Below, piece after piece: positions 58,726 to 64,000 of a stretch of DNA of 64,000 nt (position 1 is its first letter; the number at the start of each line of letters is the position of its first letter). Below the pieces are notes generated by a model. That model made no database searches, was not told the DNA's origin, and saw only the letters and a program-made list of their open reading frames with translations. Made by a program: the position numbers and the translations under genes. Source of the stretch: Candidatus Limnocylindrales bacterium (GTDB lineage Bacteria; Chloroflexota; Limnocylindria; Limnocylindrales; CSP1-4); assembly GCA_036508755.1 (NCBI GenBank), contig DATCGV010000087.1, positions 1,677 through 65,676 on the forward strand. The letters are read 5' to 3'.

Positions 58726-59457
58726 ATGCGCCTCCCCGATCTTCTCGGCGTGCTTGGCGCGTTGGTCGTTGGGGCCGTGCTCGCGGTGTTCCTGATGGCG
58801 ACCGCGCTGGGCACGCAACCGCCGCTGCCTACGCCCCTGCGGCCGAGCATCCCGCCGCTGCCGACACTGGCCCAGGTCAGCCTGCCGCCGTCGACCATCC
58901 CGAGCGGTGCGCCGCTCGCGTCGGGCGCCGCGCAACCGCTGGCGATCGGCTCCACCGCACCCGGTCTTCAGCTGACGCTGCTCGACGGCAGTGTCATGAA
59001 CACGGGCGACTTCCAGGGCACGCCGCTGTGGGTCACGTTCATGACGACCTGGACGCCGCAGTCTGTGGCCGAGCTGGCCATGGAGACCGACTACGCCAAG
59101 CAGCTCGCGACCGAAATGAACGAAGTCGTGGTCGACGTGGGTGAAAACGCGCAGACGGTCAAGACGTTCATGGAGGCGCAGAACTTCAAGCTACCCGTCG
59201 CGCTCGACCAGGACGGCTCGGTGCAGGCCGCATGGGGCGCCTATGGACTTCCCGTGCACTACTTCCTCGATGCCAACGGCGTAGTCCAGCAGGTCGTCTA
59301 CGGCGGGGCGCCCGTCCAAGTGTTCATCACTGCGATCACAGCCGTTGTGCCCGACTTCTCCGCGGAGGCACCGACCACGAAGCCGACTCTGCCGCTGAAC
59401 CTCCCGACCGAGACGCCCGGCGGCAACCCCAGCCCGGAGGCTTCGGCCACTCCGTGA
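58726..59457 (+). CDS. TlpA/ResA-like thioredoxin-fold protein lacking the CxxC motif
   Basis: N-terminal TM or signal anchor. ...TAPGLQLTLLDGSVMNTGDFQGTPLWVTFMTTWTPQSVAEL...GLPVHYFLDANGVV.... WTPQS occupies the WCxxC position. Alternative ATG at 58687. Confidence 0.6.
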   Translation: MRLPDLLGVLGALVVGAVLAVFLMATALGTQPPLPTPLRPSIPPLPTLAQVSLPPSTIPSGAPLASGAAQPLAIGSTAPGLQLTLLDGSVMNTGDFQGTPLWVTFMTTWTPQSVAELAMETDYAKQLATEMNEVVVDVGENAQTVKTFMEAQNFKLPVALDQDGSVQAAWGAYGLPVHYFLDANGVVQQVVYGGAPVQVFITAITAVVPDFSAEAPTTKPTLPLNLPTETPGGNPSPEASATP

Positions 59458-60296
59458 CCGCGCCCGTCACTGTACGGGCGGCGGTCGAAATGGCCGCGCA
59501 CCACCTCGAACGGCGGCCGCTGCTCGTAGTCAGCGACTTCGACGGCACCCTGTCGCGCATCGTCGATGACCCTTGGGGCGCGCAGATCCTGCCCCTCGGC
59601 CGCCGCGCTCTGCGCGTCCTTGCCGGGCTGCCGGACGTGCATGTCGTCGTGCTATCCGGCCGGTCCGCACCGGACGTCGCCGCGCGCGTCCGTGTCGGTG
59701 GGGTGACGTATCTGGGCAATCACGGCATGGAGCGCGGCTTCGTCCCTCGCCACGGCCGGCCGGATCGGTTGCGGGCGAATGTGGACGAGTCGTCGCACGA
59801 GGCGGTCCACATGGCCGAGCGGCTCGCGGACGAGGTACCGCGGGTGGTCGGCTCGCCGTGGCTCGCCGTCGAACGCAAACCACCCGCGGTCGCGTTCCAC
59901 TACCGGACTGCGCCCGATATCGCCGCGGCCGCAGCTCGAGTGCGCGCCGCTGTCGATGGGTTGGATCCCGCCGGCGTCCTGGAGCGTTTCGCAGGCCGGC
60001 GCGTGCTCGAGCTGCGGCCGTTCGGGGCCGTGGCCAAGGGCGAGGCGCTCACGGCGCTCGTCGACGAGATCCGGCCGGGCAGTGTCTTTCTGCTCGGCGA
60101 CGACGTCAGTGACGCGATGGCCTTCCGTGCCCTGCGCTCGCTGCGTGCCGCAGGAACGACCGATGGAGTCGCAGTCGCGATCCAGGCCCGCACGGAGGTG
60201 CCGGCGGAGGTCCTTGCTTCGGCCGACATCGTCCTTGCCTCGCCAGTTGATGCGACGCGCTTCCTGTCCGCGCTCTATCGCCGGTTGAGCGCGTGA
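59454..60296 (+). CDS. otsB: Trehalose-6-phosphate phosphatase (HAD family)
   Basis: GTG at 59454 (GTGA overlap). HAD motif I LVVSDFDGTLS, then ...VLSGRS..., ...GDDVSD.... Confidence 0.8.
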   Translation: MTAPVTVRAAVEMAAHHLERRPLLVVSDFDGTLSRIVDDPWGAQILPLGRRALRVLAGLPDVHVVVLSGRSAPDVAARVRVGGVTYLGNHGMERGFVPRHGRPDRLRANVDESSHEAVHMAERLADEVPRVVGSPWLAVERKPPAVAFHYRTAPDIAAAAARVRAAVDGLDPAGVLERFAGRRVLELRPFGAVAKGEALTALVDEIRPGSVFLLGDDVSDAMAFRALRSLRAAGTTDGVAVAIQARTEVPAEVLASADIVLASPVDATRFLSALYRRLSA

Positions 60297-60748
60297 TCAG
60301 CCTGCGGGCGGTCGAGGAGGCAGACGTCGACATCTTCTACGAGCATCAGGCAGATGCGGGCGCCTCCGCAATGGCGGCCTTTGCTGCCCGCGACCGCGCC
60401 GCGCATTTCGATCACTGGTCGAGGAATGTCCTAAGCAACCGGGGCGGCGTCGTCCGCACCGTCCTCGTCGACGGCGTGGTCGCGGGCAACGTCGTCTCCT
60501 GGGTCGACGCTGACATCGGCCGGCTCCTGGGTTATTGGATCGGGCGCGAGTTCTGGGGCCGTGGCGTCGCCACGGAGGCTCTCCGGTTGTATCTCGCGGA
60601 GGCATCCGATCGGCCTATCCATGCTTTCGTCGCGTTGCACAACGTCGGCTCGCAGCGCGTGCTTGACAAGAACGGCTTCACCCGCGTCTCTGCCGAGCCG
60701 GAGATTGGTGCCGACGGAGTTGCGGAGCTCCTGTTCGTCCGTAACTGA
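60293..60748 (+). CDS. GNAT-family N-acetyltransferase (RimJ/RimL-like)
   Basis: GTGA overlap with the otsB stop. ...GYWIGREFWGRGVATEALRLYL...HNVGSQRVLDKNGF. Confidence 0.8.
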   Translation: MISLRAVEEADVDIFYEHQADAGASAMAAFAARDRAAHFDHWSRNVLSNRGGVVRTVLVDGVVAGNVVSWVDADIGRLLGYWIGREFWGRGVATEALRLYLAEASDRPIHAFVALHNVGSQRVLDKNGFTRVSAEPEIGADGVAELLFVRN

Positions 60749-61374
60749 GAACCTGCGAACGAAAGGTTCCCGATCGGAATGGACGGGCGCGGCACCCGTT
60801 CACGATGCGCGTGGCCCTGCCAGCCACCCGACGTCGCGCAATCAGGTGGACATCGGCCTGGTTCCCCTGAGGAAATAGGCAGGACGTAGGCTCCCATCGG
60901 GGATCGATAGCAGCCTTCGCCACATGGGCTATCCCAGATCGCAACGGTTACTGGAACATCGGGCGTGCTTCCACCGGACCACTCGACGCTCGCTCCTGGC
61001 GCAATTCGTCCGACAGACGAGTCATGCCCGATCACGCCTCTGCCGCAAACAAGGTCGTCGTCAGTCACCCAGGTCGTGACTCCACCGTAGTAGGACTGAG
61101 TCGTGCCATTCGTGATCACGAAGTGTCCTTTGTCGATCGCTCGGACCGAGACGCCAGGGACTGCTCGGAGCATGTCATACGGAGGCGAGGTGAAGAAGTC
61201 AGCGCATTGCTGTGGCGAAACGTCCGGAGTCTCGGAAGGTACTGTGGACGCACGCACTGAGGACGAGGCAGTCGGGCCAGGAGTGGGAGTTGGCTGTTCG
61301 CTGCCGGTCGGATGTGCCGCACACGCCGCGACCAATAAGGGTGCGGCGATCAAGAGCATTGCGGTACGCACCAT
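60532..61374 (-). CDS. Putative lipoprotein of unknown function (3' end questionable)
   Basis: Signal peptide with lipobox MVRTAMLLIAAPLLVAAC, then a Pro/Thr linker and a Cys-containing domain. The frame has no stop until 60532, so it runs 217 nt antisense into the GNAT gene with junk-like sequence. Local GC is lower than the window average. Confidence 0.4.
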   Translation of the reverse strand: MVRTAMLLIAAPLLVAACAAHPTGSEQPTPTPGPTASSSVRASTVPSETPDVSPQQCADFFTSPPYDMLRAVPGVSVRAIDKGHFVITNGTTQSYYGGVTTWVTDDDLVCGRGVIGHDSSVGRIAPGASVEWSGGSTPDVPVTVAIWDSPCGEGCYRSPMGAYVLPISSGEPGRCPPDCATSGGWQGHAHRERVPRPSIPIGNLSFAGSQLRTNRSSATPSAPISGSAETRVKPFLSSTRCEPTLCNATKAWIGRSDASARYNRRASVATPRPQNSRPIQ

Positions 61375-61404
61375 GTGGCTGTTCGAATTGTGCGCCAGCG
61401 GTGA

Positions 61405-63066
61405 CTAGTCGCGGAGGGCGGGCTCGAAGGTTCGGACCATGTCGCGCAGGGCGCGTGACGGCGGGCGGCCGCCCTTGGCCACGGCAGACAGGTCACGCAA
61501 CTGCCGTGCCAGCCACCAGGCGAGATCTTCGTTGCGCACCGACGCGCGCAGTCGGCGCAGCCGCTGCGCGCGCTCGTCGGCCGGCATGTCCAGCGCCCGT
61601 TCGAGCATCTCGCTCGTGCCCGCGACATCGGCTGCGGCGACCATCAGCGCGTCCGCGCCGAGCTGCTCGGCCGCACCGGCCGTCTCGGACAGCACGATCG
61701 CGCCGCGGCCGACGACGACGGCCTCCTTGGCGACGAGGTTCATGCCGTCGACGACCGGGTTGACCAGGGTCACGTCGGCAAGCGACAGCGCGGCGATGGC
61801 CAGCGCGTAGTCCTGGCCGTCGAGCAGCCAGATCGGCGCCTGGTCGGGATCGGTCAGACCGTTTATCCGTGCCACGACTTCGCGCACGGCCGCGGCGTAG
61901 CGCGCGTACTCGGGCACGCTCTCGCGCGAGATCGACTGGATGGCAAGGAAGCGCACGCGCTTGCGCAGCTCGGGCCGACGCTTGAGTAGCGCCTCGAAGG
62001 CGAGGAAGCCGCGCAGGACGTTCTTGGACGGCTCGAGCCGGTCGACACGCACGATCAGCTTTGGCTTGTCGGCGCGCTCGAGTCGGTCGGACAGCTCCTG
62101 TCGCCGGCGGGCGACCTCGGGTCCGCGCGCGAAGTCGGTCAGTGAATCGGGGTCGATCGAGATTGGATAGGCGCGCACCCAGATCGTCCGTCCGCGCCAG
62201 CGCACGTGGCGTCCCGCAGGGTCGACGCGCGCATCGCGCACGAACGCCTCGACCGTGTCGAGGAAGTTGCGCGCGTAGCGGTCGGTCTGAAGGCCGCAGA
62301 TGTCATTCGCCAGCAGGCCCTCGCAGATCGTCCGTCTCAGCGTCTGGGGGAGCACAAGCCACGAATCGACCGACGGCCACGGGATGTGGTTGAAATGGAG
62401 CAGCAGGCTCTCCGGGCGCCGCTCGCGGATGTATCGCCCAGCGAGGTAGAGGTGGTAGTCCTGGAGCATGACCACCGGGCGGCGATCGGCCGCGGTCTGC
62501 TCGAGGATCGAGTCGGCAAATGCGCGGTTGACCGTCCGATATCCGGTCTGCCAGGCGTGAACGAGGCTGTCGTCGATATTCGGCTCGTACGGCAGCGTGT
62601 ACAGCTGATGCTGCATGAACCACAGGAAGGGGTTCGCGACGACGCCGTAGTGAGAGCGCCACGCGTCGGCCGGGATGTCGCGCATCACCAGGCGCAGGTC
62701 CTGTCCGGGCAGCTGCTGATCAACGCGCGCGAGCAGCTCCTGGCGTTGCGCGCCATCCTCGCCGGCGAGCAGCTGCGCGGCGTCGCGATCGGGCTGATCC
62801 ATGGCCGCGCTTACCCACGTTATGGGCGCGAGCCGACCCAGCTCGGCGAGCGCCGTGACCAGACCGCCGGAGCCACGTTGCGCCTGCCACGCGCCGTCGC
62901 GCTTCCTGTCGAACGTGAGTGGGCCGCGATTCGAGGCGACGACCAGGCGCTGGTCAGCGGGCAGCAGCGTGTCCAGGTACGGCCCGAGGCGCGACGCGCC
63001 GCGCTCGTGAGCCGACCGACTGTCGGTCAATGGCGAAGGCCGGTGACCGTCCCTCGCCACCGCCAT
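61405..63066 (-). CDS. otsA: Alpha,alpha-trehalose-phosphate synthase (GT20)
   Basis: ATG at 63066. LVVASNRGPLTF...GSGGLVTAL...NPFLWFMQHQLY...LQDYHLYL... typical OtsA. The listed 648-aa ORF is an N-terminal over-extension. Confidence 0.88.
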   Translation of the reverse strand: MAVARDGHRPSPLTDSRSAHERGASRLGPYLDTLLPADQRLVVASNRGPLTFDRKRDGAWQAQRGSGGLVTALAELGRLAPITWVSAAMDQPDRDAAQLLAGEDGAQRQELLARVDQQLPGQDLRLVMRDIPADAWRSHYGVVANPFLWFMQHQLYTLPYEPNIDDSLVHAWQTGYRTVNRAFADSILEQTAADRRPVVMLQDYHLYLAGRYIRERRPESLLLHFNHIPWPSVDSWLVLPQTLRRTICEGLLANDICGLQTDRYARNFLDTVEAFVRDARVDPAGRHVRWRGRTIWVRAYPISIDPDSLTDFARGPEVARRRQELSDRLERADKPKLIVRVDRLEPSKNVLRGFLAFEALLKRRPELRKRVRFLAIQSISRESVPEYARYAAAVREVVARINGLTDPDQAPIWLLDGQDYALAIAALSLADVTLVNPVVDGMNLVAKEAVVVGRGAIVLSETAGAAEQLGADALMVAAADVAGTSEMLERALDMPADERAQRLRRLRASVRNEDLAWWLARQLRDLSAVAKGGRPPSRALRDMVRTFEPALRD

Positions 63067-63068
63067 TT

Positions 63069-64000
63069 CTAGAGCAGCGCCCGCGCCGCCTGTTCGGCCA
63101 TCGCGATCACGGCGATGGTCACCGGCGGCACAAGCCCGATGGCGATCGTGCCGATCGCCGCGATGCCCAGACCGGTCGACGTCTCGCGCCCGATCGTGAC
63201 GGCGCCGGCGTTTTCGGCCGGGTCGCGCATGTACATGTAGACCGCCACGCGCAGGTAGTAGAAAGCCGCAATCGCGGCATTGATGACGATCAGCACGGCA
63301 AGCAGCGTCAGCCAGCCGCCCACCTGGAGCGCGGCCTGGATCACGTACCACTTGGCCCAGAAGCCAGCCAGTGGCGGGATGCCCGTCAGCGACAACAGGA
63401 AGAGCAGCATCAGCGCCGAGAGCAGCGGCGCGCGCCGGCCCAGGCCGGCAAAGGTGGAGATCTGGCTGGTCACGCCCGGCCGGCGCTGGAGCGCGGCGAC
63501 GACGGCGAAGGCACCCAGGTTCATGAACGTGTACGCGACGCTGTAGAAGAGCACGGCCTGCAGTCCGGCTTCCTCTGCCGGCGAACCGACCACGGCCGCG
63601 CCGAACGTGGCGAGGCCGACCAGGATGTAGCCGGTGTGCGCGATCGAGCTGTAGGCAAGCATGCGCTTGATGTTGTCCTGGGTCAGCGCGACGAGATTGC
63701 CCATGGTCATGGTCAGCGCGGCGAGGATGACGATGAGCGGTGTCCAGTCGGCCTTGAGGGGGCCGAGCGCCTCGACGAACAGGCGCAGGATGAGCGCGAA
63801 GGCGGCCACCTTGGGACCGACGGACAGGTAGCCCGTGACCGGCGTCGGTGAGCCCTGGTATGCGTCGGGCGTCCAGTAGTGGAAAGGCACGGCCGCGATC
63901 TTGAACGCGGCACCGGTGGTCAGCAGGGCGAGGCCCATGAGCAGGCCCGGCGCGAGTGACAGCACGCCGCCCGAGCCGATCGTGGTCGTTATCTGCGCTG
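63069..64000 (-). CDS. nuoN: NADH-quinone oxidoreductase subunit N, C-terminal part (gene continues beyond the right edge)
   Basis: ...AAFKIAAVPFHYWTPDAYQGSPTPVTGYLSVGPKVAAF..., a typical NuoN/ND2 antiporter-like subunit. The stop TAG lies 2 nt before the otsA ATG. Confidence 0.85.
   Translation of the reverse strand, partial: AQITTTIGSGGVLSLAPGLLMGLALLTTGAAFKIAAVPFHYWTPDAYQGSPTPVTGYLSVGPKVAAFALILRLFVEALGPLKADWTPLIVILAALTMTMGNLVALTQDNIKRMLAYSSIAHTGYILVGLATFGAAVVGSPAEEAGLQAVLFYSVAYTFMNLGAFAVVAALQRRPGVTSQISTFAGLGRRAPLLSALMLLFLLSLTGIPPLAGFWAKWYVIQAALQVGGWLTLLAVLIVINAAIAAFYYLRVAVYMYMRDPAENAGAVTIGRETSTGLGIAAIGTIAIGLVPPVTIAVIAMAEQAARALL

Noticed and set aside
57661-58935. 424-aa minus-strand ORF in an alternative frame over the sortase-like gene and the corA 3' end.
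   Set aside because: The translation is extremely Arg-rich and motif-free, and it overlaps corA antisense. The other frame (57894-58670) gives a TM-anchored sortase-like protein.

Overview
High-GC (about 66-68%), gene-dense bacterial chromosome segment covering the replication-origin neighbourhood of a monoderm-type organism. The gene content looks Actinomycetota-, Chloroflexota- or Dormibacterota-like, and I cannot place the taxon from sequence alone. No rRNA, tRNA, CRISPR array, IS element, integrase or phage gene was recognised. Core content, in order: rpmA(partial)-rplU; a J-domain protein; mreD-mrdA-rodA; a parS site; parA-parB-gyrB-(AlkD-like)-gyrA-prs; secA followed by two PtpB-like phosphatase paralogues and a DUF885-like gene; a small Cys-rich ORF coupled to prfB (classical +1 frameshift); ctpA; smpB; tmRNA; a VanW protein; jag-yidC-yidD-rnpA-rpmH; csaA-like; dnaA, a candidate oriC, dnaN-recF-dciA(DUF721). 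The right half (39.7-55.2 kb) is the most interesting part. It is a contiguous envelope-glycoconjugate supercluster with two halves. The first is a GT2 polyprenol-phosphate-sugar synthase plus three GT-C membrane glycosyltransferases, one of them a roughly 1720-aa double GT-C fusion carrying a propeller-like insert. The second, back to back with it, is a translationally coupled phosphatidylinositol / PI-mannoside operon (ArsR-pgsA-ino1-two HtrB-type acyltransferases-PHP phosphoesterase-pimA). The embedded PHP protein is a candidate for the PIP phosphatase step. Other oddities are a PP2C-like membrane protein with degenerate metal-binding motifs, a divergent pair of a sortase-like protein (Cys to Ser) and a TlpA-like thioredoxin fold lacking CxxC, and low-complexity extensions on several housekeeping proteins (L21, Prs, SecA, Jag, YidC, Ino1). 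About 15 gene junctions use 4-nt ATGA/GTGA/TTGA stop-start overlaps. All family assignments come from reading motifs by eye in the supplied translations; no database search was run.
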